From positions 27,321 to 91,320 of the forward strand of contig CAZXQU010000002.1 of NCBI GenBank assembly GCA_964642545.1: a DNA stretch of 64,000 nucleotides, read 5' to 3'. Positions 11,544 through 20,956 of this stretch are shown here, in pieces (positions within the stretch are counted from its first letter, which is position 1; each line of letters starts with the position of its first letter). The DNA comes from an uncultured Prolixibacteraceae bacterium. GTDB lineage: Bacteria; Bacteroidota; Bacteroidia; Bacteroidales; FEN-979. The translations under genes were made by a program, and so were the position numbers. A model generated the notes under the pieces. The model saw only the letters and a list, made by a program, of their open reading frames with translations. It ran no database searches and was not told where the DNA came from.

Positions 11544-11973
11544 ACGCCACCCCATAAAAAAATCCTGCTGATGTTATGGCTTTGCAGGTCATCACGCAGG
11601 AACTGGAACAACCTGCTCCCGATACCAATCTGTTGCCAGGTATCAGCCACCGATGGAGCCATTGTGCAGTCGGTCTCCCTGTTTAATGTCAGCCCGTACG
11701 ATTCAAACCGTACACGATCATGCTCTATGTGACCCTTTTTAATAATTGTATATCCTGCAATGGCCGAAGTCTCTTCATCAATGGCCAGATAACCGGTGTA
11801 ACCGTCAGCAGTCCATACAAATCATATATTGACTCGTAGTCAAAGGGATGCGGCTGGAATCGCCGTTTAGAATCAGTACTTAAGTTTTGCAGAAAGCCTG
11901 ACAGTGACTCATAATCTACTGCAACAATCTTTCTGAGAAGAATCCTTTTCCCCTTTTTGATCTGAACAAACAT
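11518..11973 (-). pseudogene. GNAT acetyltransferase with a frameshift near 11810 and a truncated 3' end
   Basis: One frame reads ...KRRFQPHPFDYESIYDLYG. A second frame continues DGYTGYLAID...DCTMAPSVADTWQQIGIGS...LWGGVQADNMQAL and then runs into PLC antisense sequence. Confidence 0.7.
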
Positions 11974-12023
11974 AGTTCTCTTCTAGTTGTCGTTGAACAA
12001 AACTACGAACATTTTCGTAACAC

Positions 12024-12055
12024 TTGCCCGGATGCCTTAATGCCTCCGCGCCTCT
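12024..12055. repeat. Four degenerate 8-bp tandem units (nnGCCnnn)
   Basis: TTGCCCGG ATGCCTTA ATGCCTCC GCGCCTCT. Confidence 0.4.
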
Positions 12056-12124
12056 ATTTCGTTCTCCCTTCTTTTTCAAGGCTATAAAAATATTTAAAAA
12101 AATTTGGTGAATTGAATTTTTTTG

Positions 12125-12184
12125 TAATTTTGACTACTTGGTTAAACTAATTGATTAATCCATCCAGTTAAATCATATGGTTAA
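12125..12184 (+). promoter_or_regulatory. -7 box followed by a putative TetR operator array
   Basis: TAATTTTG at 12125; TTAA recurs at 12142, 12155, 12168 and 12181 (exact 13-bp period), running across the tetR start codon. Confidence 0.6.
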
Positions 12185-12830
12185 TATCCAGCAAGGCACC
12201 GAAGAGAAAATCCTGGAAGCTGCGAAAAAGGTGTTTCACAGAAAAGGGTTTGAAGGAGCACGGATGCAGGAGATAGCAGATGAGGCAGGTATTAACAAAG
12301 CGTTACTTCATTACTATTTCCGAAGTAAGGAAAATCTTTTTGAAGCGGTATTTAAAGATGCATTCTACAAACTTATGGGCCGGGCAAAGACGGTGTTTTT
12401 TTCTGACAAACCATTGAAGGAGAAGATCCAGGAATTTTTATCCCACTACCTGGATGTCCTCAGTGAAAATTCCTACATACCCTGGTTTATCCTGAACGGA
12501 ATGTATGAACGGCCGGATGTATTGAAAGCCATATACGAGAAAGCAGAAATTAGTCCGCCCCAACTGATGGAGCAACTTCGCAGTCAAATCCAGAATGAAT
12601 ATGGGTCGTCCGTAAACCCTTTCCATATCTGGCTCAACGTTCTTTCCCTCTCGATTTTTCCAGTGATAGCCAAACCGTTGATCAGGGAGCTATTCCAATT
12701 GCCGGAAGAGGCTTACTGCCAAATCCTGGAACAACGTAAAACCGAGGTTCCTAATTTTATTACAAATGCCCTGAAAGGTTATGAGAATCGTGATGATCAA
12801 AATCATAAAGATACCATACATAATACTTAG
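12177..12830 (+). CDS. TetR/AcrR family transcriptional regulator
   Basis: HTH ARMQEIADEAGINKALLHYYFRSKENLF. Confidence 0.95.
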   Translation: MVNIQQGTEEKILEAAKKVFHRKGFEGARMQEIADEAGINKALLHYYFRSKENLFEAVFKDAFYKLMGRAKTVFFSDKPLKEKIQEFLSHYLDVLSENSYIPWFILNGMYERPDVLKAIYEKAEISPPQLMEQLRSQIQNEYGSSVNPFHIWLNVLSLSIFPVIAKPLIRELFQLPEEAYCQILEQRKTEVPNFITNALKGYENRDDQNHKDTIHNT

Positions 12831-12834
12831 TCCG

Positions 12835-14139
12835 ATGAAGAAAACAGCAAAAACAATATCCCGTATCACTGTTGGTTTCCTTCTCCTGGTGACATCTGCC
12901 AGCATCTCTCTGCAGGCACAGGATACGATCACTCTTGATCACTGCTACCAATTGGCAGAACAAAACTATCCTCTTGCCAAACAGATCGATCTTTTGGCGG
13001 GTAGTAATGGCTTGAAAATAAAGAACCTAAATAAAAACTGGCTTCCTACTGTCAACCTTAACGGACAAGTTTCCTATCAGTCGGATGTCACCAAAGTGGA
13101 GATTGTGCTTCCGGCAGGACTTCCAGCACTCGACATGCCCGAATTGAGCAAAGACTGGTACAAAGCAACACTTGATATAGGTCAGACCATCTGGGACGGG
13201 AATGTGACAAGCTACCAGAAAAAGCTTGAAACGATGAATCTTGAGGTTGACCAAACCAGCGTTAAGGCCGATCTTTACAAACTGAAAGAGCAGGTCAACC
13301 AGTTTTACTTTTCCATTATCCTGTTAAATCAAAATGAAGAGTTGTTGCTCAGCTCGAAAGAACAGCTTGAAGAGAAACTGAAAGAGGTAAAAGCGGGCAT
13401 CGAATTTGGTGCTGTCCTGCAATCCACTGCTGATGCTTTAGAGGCAGAATTGATCGGACTCGGTCAGCGGATTACCGAAACCCGGGCAGATAGGAGCGGA
13501 CTTTTTCACATGCTATCGATACTCCTTTCCGTTGAAATTCCGGAAAATACGACACTACTGATGCCGGATCCAAACATTTCCAATTACACTTATCAGAATA
13601 AGCGTCTTGAAAATGATGTGTTTGAGCTTCAACGAAGCAAGCTGGATTTGATGCAGAGTATGGTTACCACCCAATGGAATCCGAAATTCTTCGCCTTCGG
13701 CCAGGCCGGGATTGGAAGGCCCGCACTGAATATGCTTTCCGACAGTTTCGACCCCTTCTATCTTGTAGGCATCAAACTCAACTGGCATATTCTGAACTGG
13801 AACGCCAACAAAAACGAAAAAAAGATCCTTGGCATCCAATCTGACATCATCCTTACCCAACAGGCTTCCTTTGACAAGAACCTCCAGATCCAGGCAGAAA
13901 AAAATCTGACAGAGATCCTGAAAACACTTGATGTGATCAAGCAGGATCACCAAATTATCGCTCTCCGGCAAAAGATTACCCAATCTGCCTCCTCGCAACT
14001 CGATAATGGGGTAATTACCTCCAGCGATTATGTAACGCGGCTGACTGAAGAGAGACAGGCCAAACTTAGTTATGAGATTCACTGGGTGCAACTTGTTAAA
14101 GCCAAGTTGGCCTACCTGTATGACCAGGGAAAACTTTAA
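12835..14139 (+). CDS. TolC family outer membrane efflux protein
   Basis: Signal peptide from ATG 12835; LAEQNYP, WLPTVNLNGQ, QTIWDG and NGVITSSDY; operon context. Confidence 0.88.
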   Translation: MKKTAKTISRITVGFLLLVTSASISLQAQDTITLDHCYQLAEQNYPLAKQIDLLAGSNGLKIKNLNKNWLPTVNLNGQVSYQSDVTKVEIVLPAGLPALDMPELSKDWYKATLDIGQTIWDGNVTSYQKKLETMNLEVDQTSVKADLYKLKEQVNQFYFSIILLNQNEELLLSSKEQLEEKLKEVKAGIEFGAVLQSTADALEAELIGLGQRITETRADRSGLFHMLSILLSVEIPENTTLLMPDPNISNYTYQNKRLENDVFELQRSKLDLMQSMVTTQWNPKFFAFGQAGIGRPALNMLSDSFDPFYLVGIKLNWHILNWNANKNEKKILGIQSDIILTQQASFDKNLQIQAEKNLTEILKTLDVIKQDHQIIALRQKITQSASSQLDNGVITSSDYVTRLTEERQAKLSYEIHWVQLVKAKLAYLYDQGKL

Positions 14140-14166
14140 AACTATAGAAACATCAACGAGCACCAT

Positions 14167-15057
14167 ATGAAAACACAAAACTACCTGTTTATCCTTTTAT
14201 CTCTCCTCCTGGGAGCATGTTCCGATAAGGGTGATCAACCAGATGCCTGGGGCACTTTCGAAGCAACGGAAATCACTGTTTCAGCGATGGCCAATGGTAA
14301 ACTTCTTCAGTTCAATGTCGAGGAGGGTCAGTTTTTGGATTCCGGCCAGATGATCGGCTTTGTTGACACCACCGACCTCTACCTGAAGAAGCTTCAGGCC
14401 ATATATCAACGAAATGCAACGGCTTCAAGGAAAAGCGATCTGCAGGCACAGATCGCCATTCAAGAGCAAAACAGGACGAATCTCCTGATCGATAAAAACC
14501 GGGTGGAGAACTTGTTAAAAGCTGGCGCCGCTACCCAGAAACAGATGGATGACATCAACGCAGGTCTCAATATGATTGACAGGCAGATTGCAGCTGTTCA
14601 AAGCCAATTCGGTGGACTGGCCGACCAGATCAAAAGTATAAGCCAGCAAATTGCTCAGCTTGAAGAGGCCACCCGGAATGCCTACATCATCAATCCGGTT
14701 TCAGGAACCGTGCTGGTGAAATTCGCCGAGCCAGATGAAGTAGCGGCCTTCGGGAAACCGCTATACAAGATTGCAGACCTCCGGGAGATGACGCTGCGTG
14801 TATACATCAGCGGATCTCAACTACCCAATGTAATTATCGGGCAAGAGGTCTCTGTCATGTATGACAAGAATGAAAAAGAAAACATAACCACCAACGGTGT
14901 TGTAAGCTGGGTTTCGCCCACAGCTGAATTTACTCCCAAAACGATCCAGACAAAAGAGGAGCGTGTAAATCTGGTTTATGCTGTAAAGGTGAGAGTGAAA
15001 AACGATGGCAGTATGAAAATTGGCATGCCAGGAGAGATCAAATTAATAAATCCGTAA
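14167..15057 (+). CDS. HlyD/YbhG-like periplasmic adaptor lipoprotein
   Basis: Lipobox LGAC; GTFEATE, AEFTPKTIQTKEER and KIGMPGE. Confidence 0.92.
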   Translation: MKTQNYLFILLSLLLGACSDKGDQPDAWGTFEATEITVSAMANGKLLQFNVEEGQFLDSGQMIGFVDTTDLYLKKLQAIYQRNATASRKSDLQAQIAIQEQNRTNLLIDKNRVENLLKAGAATQKQMDDINAGLNMIDRQIAAVQSQFGGLADQIKSISQQIAQLEEATRNAYIINPVSGTVLVKFAEPDEVAAFGKPLYKIADLREMTLRVYISGSQLPNVIIGQEVSVMYDKNEKENITTNGVVSWVSPTAEFTPKTIQTKEERVNLVYAVKVRVKNDGSMKIGMPGEIKLINP

Positions 15058-15108
15058 TTTCATCCCCTTTTAAAAGACAAGCCTAATCACAAACCTAAAC
15101 CAAAACCT

Positions 15109-15570
15109 ATGAAACAAGTTATCATTTCTATCTTTTCTATGCTGGTACTGCTGCTTGGAACAGGCGCCAACCTGGTCGCCCAAACCTACCAGGCCGACGA
15201 TATCGTGGGCAAGTGGCTGAACGAAGAGGGGACTGCACAAGTCGAGATTTTCAAGATCGGGAGTCAGTTTTACGGAAAGATCGTATGGCTGGAAACACCG
15301 AATGATTCCATTACCGGACTGCCTCGCACCGACAAGGAAAATCCCGATCAGGAATTAAAGACTAAACCTCTTCTCGGACTGGTTAACCTGAAAGGATTTG
15401 TTTTTGACGGGGATGATGAATGGGAAGATGGTACGATCTACGATCCGAAAAACGGGAAGACCTACAGTTGTAAAATAGAATTCGATAATCCGGAAAAGCT
15501 TAAGATTCGTGGATATATTGGGATCTCCCTTCTGGGCCGCACAACCTATTGGACCCCGGTTAAAGAATAA
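15109..15570 (+). CDS. DUF2147 domain secreted protein
   Basis: IVGKW, GKIVWL, WEDGTIYDPKNGKTYSC and RGYIGISLLGRTTYW. Confidence 0.88.
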   Translation: MKQVIISIFSMLVLLLGTGANLVAQTYQADDIVGKWLNEEGTAQVEIFKIGSQFYGKIVWLETPNDSITGLPRTDKENPDQELKTKPLLGLVNLKGFVFDGDDEWEDGTIYDPKNGKTYSCKIEFDNPEKLKIRGYIGISLLGRTTYWTPVKE

Positions 15571-15605
15571 TCTGCGAAAATCCGTAACATCCGAGACATC
15601 AGCGT
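15570..15605. repeat. Four degenerate 9-bp tandem units
   Basis: ATCTGCGAA AATCCGTAA CATCCGAGA CATCAGCGT. Confidence 0.4.
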
Positions 15606-15640
15606 GCCTTTCCAATAGGACTCGGATAAAATAAAAAACG

Positions 15641-16564
15641 ATGACTATTTCGGTTGACGTGCGAAATCTCTCGAAGAACTACGGCGATGTGGACGCGCTG
15701 AAAGAGATCTCCTTTTCGGTGAGAAAGGGAGAGCTCTTCGGTTTTATTGGTCCGGATGGTGCAGGAAAGACTACCCTTTTCCGGATCCTTGCCACCCTTC
15801 TTCTCGCCAATTCAGGCTCTGCGATGGTAGAAGGTTTTGACGTGGTGAAGGAGTACAGGAAGATCAGGCAGATCATCGGATACATGCCGGGTAAATTCTC
15901 CCTCTACCAGGATCTCACAGTAGAGGAAAACCTCCGTTTCTTTGCGACTATCTTCGGCACCACGATTGAGGAAAATTATGATCTTGTGAAGGAAATTTAC
16001 AGTCAGATCGAACCATTTAAAACCCGAAAAGCAGGACAACTATCGGGAGGCATGAAGCAGAAACTTGCCCTTTCCTGTGCCTTGATCCATAAGCCGGAGG
16101 TTCTTTTTCTGGATGAACCTACCACCGGAGTGGATGCCGTTTCACGTCAGGAGTTCTGGGAAATGCTCAAACGGCTGAAAGATCAGGGAATTACTATTCT
16201 GGTCTCCACTCCCTATATGGATGAAGCCAGCTTGTGCGACCGGGTTGCTCTTATCCAGGATGGATCTATCATGCAGATCAGTACTCCTGAGGAAGTAGTA
16301 GATGCCTACCCCATGGGTCTTTTCTCAGTGACGACAACCGACATTTATCAATTACTGCACGATCTACAAAAACTGCCACAGGCCCATAGTGTTTTCGCTT
16401 TTGGTCAGGCTGCTCATTTGTCGTATGTGAAAGGGAAATTGACTACTGAGGAGGTAATGGAATTTCTTCAGGAAAGCGGGCATAAGAATGTGCATATTGA
16501 AGAAATTAAGCCAACAATTGAGGATTGTTTTATGGAGTTGATGGAGAATGCAAAAGGAACCTGA
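15641..16564 (+). CDS. ABC-2 type exporter ATP-binding protein
   Basis: GPDGAGKT, LSGGMKQK and FLDEPT. Confidence 0.95.
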   Translation: MTISVDVRNLSKNYGDVDALKEISFSVRKGELFGFIGPDGAGKTTLFRILATLLLANSGSAMVEGFDVVKEYRKIRQIIGYMPGKFSLYQDLTVEENLRFFATIFGTTIEENYDLVKEIYSQIEPFKTRKAGQLSGGMKQKLALSCALIHKPEVLFLDEPTTGVDAVSRQEFWEMLKRLKDQGITILVSTPYMDEASLCDRVALIQDGSIMQISTPEEVVDAYPMGLFSVTTTDIYQLLHDLQKLPQAHSVFAFGQAAHLSYVKGKLTTEEVMEFLQESGHKNVHIEEIKPTIEDCFMELMENAKGT

Positions 16565-17300
16565 AAATATCATCGTCGTTAAAGACCTCGTCAAGAAGTT
16601 TGGGAGCTTTGTGGCGAATGACCATTTGACTTTTGAGGTGAAGAGGGGCGAGATATTCGGGTTCCTTGGAGCAAATGGTGCCGGAAAAACGACCGCTATC
16701 CGGATCCTTTGCGGACTCTCCTTCCCTACTTCAGGAGAATTGTCGGTTGCCGGATTCAACGTTTACACACAACGAGAAAAGATCAAGCAGAACATTGGCT
16801 ACATGAGCCAGAAATTTTCCCTCTATGACGATCTTACCACCTTTGAGAATATCCGGTTTTACGCGGCTATTTATGGGTTATCCAAAAAAGAGATTGACCT
16901 GCGAGCCGGCATCCTGATGAAGAAACTTGATCTGGAAGAGGCCCGCAACAGCCTCATCCGGGATATCCCTTTGGGATGGAAGCAAAAACTGGCTTTTTCA
17001 GTGGCTATCATTCATGATCCGAAAATCGTATTCCTGGATGAACCTACCGGGGGGGTCGATCCTATAACACGACGCCAGTTCTGGGATATGATTTATGAAG
17101 CAGCCCGCAACGGCATCACGGTATTTGTAACGACACACTATATGGATGAAGCCGAATATTGCGACCGGTTATCAATAATGGTCGATGGACGGATTGCAGC
17201 CTTGAATACTCCATTGGCCTTACGTGAACAGTACCATGCGAAAAATATGAACGAGGTCTTCCTGAAGTTAGCCAGGGTCCAAAAAGCAGCGGAGGCATGA
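16548..17300 (+). CDS. ABC-2 type exporter ATP-binding protein (second NBD)
   Basis: GANGAGKT, PLGWKQK and FLDEPT; YbhF-like pair with the previous gene. Confidence 0.95.
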   Translation: MQKEPENIIVVKDLVKKFGSFVANDHLTFEVKRGEIFGFLGANGAGKTTAIRILCGLSFPTSGELSVAGFNVYTQREKIKQNIGYMSQKFSLYDDLTTFENIRFYAAIYGLSKKEIDLRAGILMKKLDLEEARNSLIRDIPLGWKQKLAFSVAIIHDPKIVFLDEPTGGVDPITRRQFWDMIYEAARNGITVFVTTHYMDEAEYCDRLSIMVDGRIAALNTPLALREQYHAKNMNEVFLKLARVQKAAEA

Positions 17301-18400
17301 AGCGATTCTGGGGATTTGTTGTAAAAGAGTTTCTGCATATCTTCAGGGATTACAGAACCCTGCTAATCCTTTTTGGCATGCCGGTAGTACAATTGATCCT
17401 CTTTGGTTTTGTGATTACAAACGAAATCAAAGATGCCCGTTTTGCCGTTCTGGATCTCTCCAGGGATGAGGTCACCCGTCAAATCACCGAAAAGATTACC
17501 TCTTCAGGGTACTTCCGGCTCGATCGCAACCTCCATACCTACAGTGAAATCGAGGGTGCCTTCCGAGAAGGGGACATTCGGTTGGTTGTGGTATTTGAAC
17601 CCGATTTCGCTCAACGGCTGGAGAGAGAAAAGGTGGCTCATGTCCAGCTGATTGGTGATGCCTCGGATCCAAATACAGCCAGTATTCTGGTAAGCTATGC
17701 CTCGGGAATTTTGAATAATTACCTGTTTGCTATGAACTCAGAGGCCATTCCGTTGCAGATCCATCCTGAGACACGGATGATGTATAACCAGGAACTTCGA
17801 GGGGTTTTTATGTTCGTTCCTGGCCTGATGGCCATGTTGCTGATGCTCATCTCGGCACTGATGACTTCACTCTCTATTACGAAGGAGAAAGAACTCGGAA
17901 CCATGGAGCTGCTGTTGGCCTCTCCGCTAAGACCCTTGCAGATTGTGGTAGGAAAAGTATTCCCCTATGTCTTCCTGGCGTTCCTTAATGCCTGCATTAT
18001 CATCCTTTTGGGATGGGCCGTTTTCGGTGTTCCGGTGCGCGGTAGTGTCGGACTTTTACTTTTTGAGAGCTTTCTTTTCATCACCGTTGCTCTTTCACTC
18101 GGAATTCTAATATCATGTATCACCAACAGCCAGCAACTTGCCATGATGATCTCCCTGGTTGCCTTGCTTTTGCCAACGGTACTTCTCAGTGGATTCATTT
18201 TCCCCGTTGAAAACATGCCCATGGTGCTTCAATGGTTTTGTCACATCATGCCCCCCATGTACTTTATCACAATTATCAAAAGCATCATGTTGAAAGGGAA
18301 CGGACTCTTTTTCGTATGGAAAGAGACGTTGATCCTTTTTGGGTTTACCTTTTTCTTTATCCTTATGAGTATTAAAAAATTCAGCATCCGGCTGAGCTGA
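17297..18400 (+). CDS. ABC-2 exporter permease (YbhS-like)
   Basis: KEFLHIFRD, KEKELGTME and LLSGFIFP; multi-TM. Confidence 0.92.
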   Translation: MKRFWGFVVKEFLHIFRDYRTLLILFGMPVVQLILFGFVITNEIKDARFAVLDLSRDEVTRQITEKITSSGYFRLDRNLHTYSEIEGAFREGDIRLVVVFEPDFAQRLEREKVAHVQLIGDASDPNTASILVSYASGILNNYLFAMNSEAIPLQIHPETRMMYNQELRGVFMFVPGLMAMLLMLISALMTSLSITKEKELGTMELLLASPLRPLQIVVGKVFPYVFLAFLNACIIILLGWAVFGVPVRGSVGLLLFESFLFITVALSLGILISCITNSQQLAMMISLVALLLPTVLLSGFIFPVENMPMVLQWFCHIMPPMYFITIIKSIMLKGNGLFFVWKETLILFGFTFFFILMSIKKFSIRLS

Positions 18401-18402
18401 TT

Positions 18403-19521
18403 ATGAGAACGATATTCTATATCATACAGAAAGAGTTCATCCAGGTGTTCAGAAACAAGCGGATGTTGCCAATTATTTTTGTGGTTCCCATTGTTCAGCT
18501 GTTGATCCTTGTCAATGCGGCTACGTTTGAAATGAAGCAGATCGACATGGCCGTGGTGGATCTGGATCTCACTAGCTCTTCGCGCCAGCTTACCAGTAAA
18601 TTTCAGGGTTCGCCATTTTACCGGATTACAAGCGCTCCTTTCTCTTACAGTGAAGCCTTTGTTCTGATGCAAAAGGGAGATGTGGATGTGATTTTGCAAA
18701 TACCTCGTGGATTTGAAAAAGATCTCGTCAAAGAGAAAAACACCCAGGTTCAGTTAATTGTAGATGCGATCAACGGCGCCTCAGCCGGATTGATTAACGC
18801 CTACTCCACCAACATTATCCTGGATTTCAACCGTGAAGTTCTGATTGAGTGGCTGAATCCTGCTGAGATGGGAAACATCCGTAGAATTGTTACCGAGACC
18901 AGTTACTGGTACAATCCCAAACTCAACTATACAACCTATATGGTACCTGGGATCCTGGTTCTTCTGGTAACCATCATAGGCTTGCTCCTCTCCGGGATGA
19001 ATATTGTAAGGGAGAAAGAGATCGGAACAATTGAACAGATCAATGTGACCCCAATAAGAAAGATAGAATTCATTGCAGGGAAACTGATCCCGTTCTGGAT
19101 CATAGCCATGTTTGAACTGGCATTCGGACTTGTAATCGGAAAATTACTTTTCAATATTCCGATCGAAGGGAGCTTATGGCTGATCTTTCTTTCGGCAGGT
19201 GTCTATCTTTTTGTAATTTTAGGTTTTGGATTGCTGATCTCTACAATGACGAATACACAACAGCAATCGATGCTCGTATCGTTCTTTTTCATGGTGGTCT
19301 TTATTCTGATGAGTGGGTTATTCACATCAATTGAGAGCATGCCTCTCTGGGCTCAACGTGTGGATCTGATAAATCCTCTCGCATATTTCATCAAGATCAT
19401 GCGAATGGTGATGCTGAAAGGTTCCTCTTTTGCTGATATCAGCAAACTCTTTTACAGCCTTGTTGGTTATGCCGTTTTGATCATCAGTCTGGCTATCTGG
19501 AGATATCGGAAAGTAGCTTAA
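18403..19521 (+). CDS. ABC-2 exporter permease (YbhR-like)
   Basis: KEFIQVFR, REKEIGTIEQ and MSGLFT; multi-TM. Confidence 0.92.
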   Translation: MRTIFYIIQKEFIQVFRNKRMLPIIFVVPIVQLLILVNAATFEMKQIDMAVVDLDLTSSSRQLTSKFQGSPFYRITSAPFSYSEAFVLMQKGDVDVILQIPRGFEKDLVKEKNTQVQLIVDAINGASAGLINAYSTNIILDFNREVLIEWLNPAEMGNIRRIVTETSYWYNPKLNYTTYMVPGILVLLVTIIGLLLSGMNIVREKEIGTIEQINVTPIRKIEFIAGKLIPFWIIAMFELAFGLVIGKLLFNIPIEGSLWLIFLSAGVYLFVILGFGLLISTMTNTQQQSMLVSFFFMVVFILMSGLFTSIESMPLWAQRVDLINPLAYFIKIMRMVMLKGSSFADISKLFYSLVGYAVLIISLAIWRYRKVA

Positions 19522-19573
19522 ACCCCAATATATCAACTGGATTCGATATAGTAAATGGTTCCTTGGCATTGCT

Positions 19574-20956
19574 TTGATCATCCTTGCAACATTGATCATG
19601 GCTGTTGCATTCGCCCTCTATATCTCCCCGAAAGAGGAGGTGCCTAAAGGGGCTATTCAGTACATCAAAGATCGTGGTCAACTGGTGGCTGTTCTTGAAC
19701 CAAATACCCTGAATTATTTCATTTACAAAGGAGAGGCTTTTGGTTTCGGGTTGACCATGTTGCAAGAGTTCAGCAAGTACCTGGATGTTCCACTTAAGAT
19801 TATTGCATGCAACACCATCTCACAAGCCTACTACTATCTTGATTATCATGTGGCCGACATCATGGCCTATAACCTTCCTGTAACCCGTCTGGGGAAAAAC
19901 CTGGCTCAGTTTTCCTCTCCACTGTTTGAAACAACCCTTGTACTTGTTCAGCGCTCACCTCAGGCGGTAAAAAAAGATACGGGTTATACTTTTATTGCAT
20001 CACTGAAAGAGCTGAAAGATGATACCGTTGTTGTCCAGAGGAATAAGTTTCTTCAGCCTCTTTATAACAAGTTTCTTTCGAAAGCAGGAGGGGACGTTTA
20101 CCTGAAGGAGGTTTCTGCTTCTCAAGAAGAGCTTTTCAGGATGGTTTCGGAAGATTCAATCCGCTACACCCTTTGCCCCGCAAACCTGGCTGGGGTCCTG
20201 AGACAAGCTTTCAGCAATACGGATATCACCTTACAGGCAACAAAGAGTTACCCGATAGCCTGGGCATTGAACCACTCTTCTGATTCGTTGCTTGCGATCC
20301 TGGATTTCTGGCTTGATTCCATTGCCAGCAAACGGTTACTAAATAATGCCTACCGGCAGGTCTACCATAATCCACGGGTAGTTAACCATTTCAGAAGCGA
20401 TTATTTTTCTCTTATGAATTCCCGAATCTCTCCCTGGGATGAACAGCTTCAGCAATACAGCAGTCTCTTTTGGTGGGATTGGCGATTGATTGCTTCTTTG
20501 ATGTATACCGAATCCAATTTCATTCCCGGATTGACTTCACACAAGAACGCGTATGGCCTGATGCAGATGATTCCCGGAACAGCAGAGATTTATGGATTGG
20601 ATACAGCATCCAGTGCTTCCTATCAAATCATGGCCGGGGTAAAGTACCTCAAATGGATCGATCGTCAGTTACCTCCCGAGATCAGGGATCCCCGAGAGAG
20701 GGCCAGTTTCACGCTGGCTGCATATAATGTAGGGATAGGCCGGGTTCTATCTCTCCGGAAAAAAGCAAAAGAGTTCGGCAAAGATCCGAATAAGTGGCAC
20801 GGGAATGTTGAGTACTATCTTCTCAGGCGTTCTGATTCAGATCCTTACGGACATGCAGACACCCTTCGCGAGTTTCCTGTGAACTATTCGATGGATGGTT
20901 ATGTGGATAGAATCATCAACCGTTATTACCACTACCTGAACCTTGTTCACGATTGA
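19574..20956 (+). CDS. MltF-like lytic transglycosylase (solute-binding domain plus SLT domain); start uncertain
   Basis: NYFIYKGEAFGF solute-binding segment; DWRLIASLMYTESNF, GLMQM and LAAYNVG. Confidence 0.85.
   Translation: MIILATLIMAVAFALYISPKEEVPKGAIQYIKDRGQLVAVLEPNTLNYFIYKGEAFGFGLTMLQEFSKYLDVPLKIIACNTISQAYYYLDYHVADIMAYNLPVTRLGKNLAQFSSPLFETTLVLVQRSPQAVKKDTGYTFIASLKELKDDTVVVQRNKFLQPLYNKFLSKAGGDVYLKEVSASQEELFRMVSEDSIRYTLCPANLAGVLRQAFSNTDITLQATKSYPIAWALNHSSDSLLAILDFWLDSIASKRLLNNAYRQVYHNPRVVNHFRSDYFSLMNSRISPWDEQLQQYSSLFWWDWRLIASLMYTESNFIPGLTSHKNAYGLMQMIPGTAEIYGLDTASSASYQIMAGVKYLKWIDRQLPPEIRDPRERASFTLAAYNVGIGRVLSLRKKAKEFGKDPNKWHGNVEYYLLRRSDSDPYGHADTLREFPVNYSMDGYVDRIINRYYHYLNLVHD

Noticed and set aside
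13555-14178. 207-aa ORF on - strand
   Set aside because: Antisense shadow of the TolC gene.
20916-20956. 41-bp convergent overlap of the MltF-like and SDR genes (similar short overlaps at 5467-5474 and 39517-39536)
   Set aside because: Short tail-to-tail overlaps are common in compact genomes and both proteins look complete.
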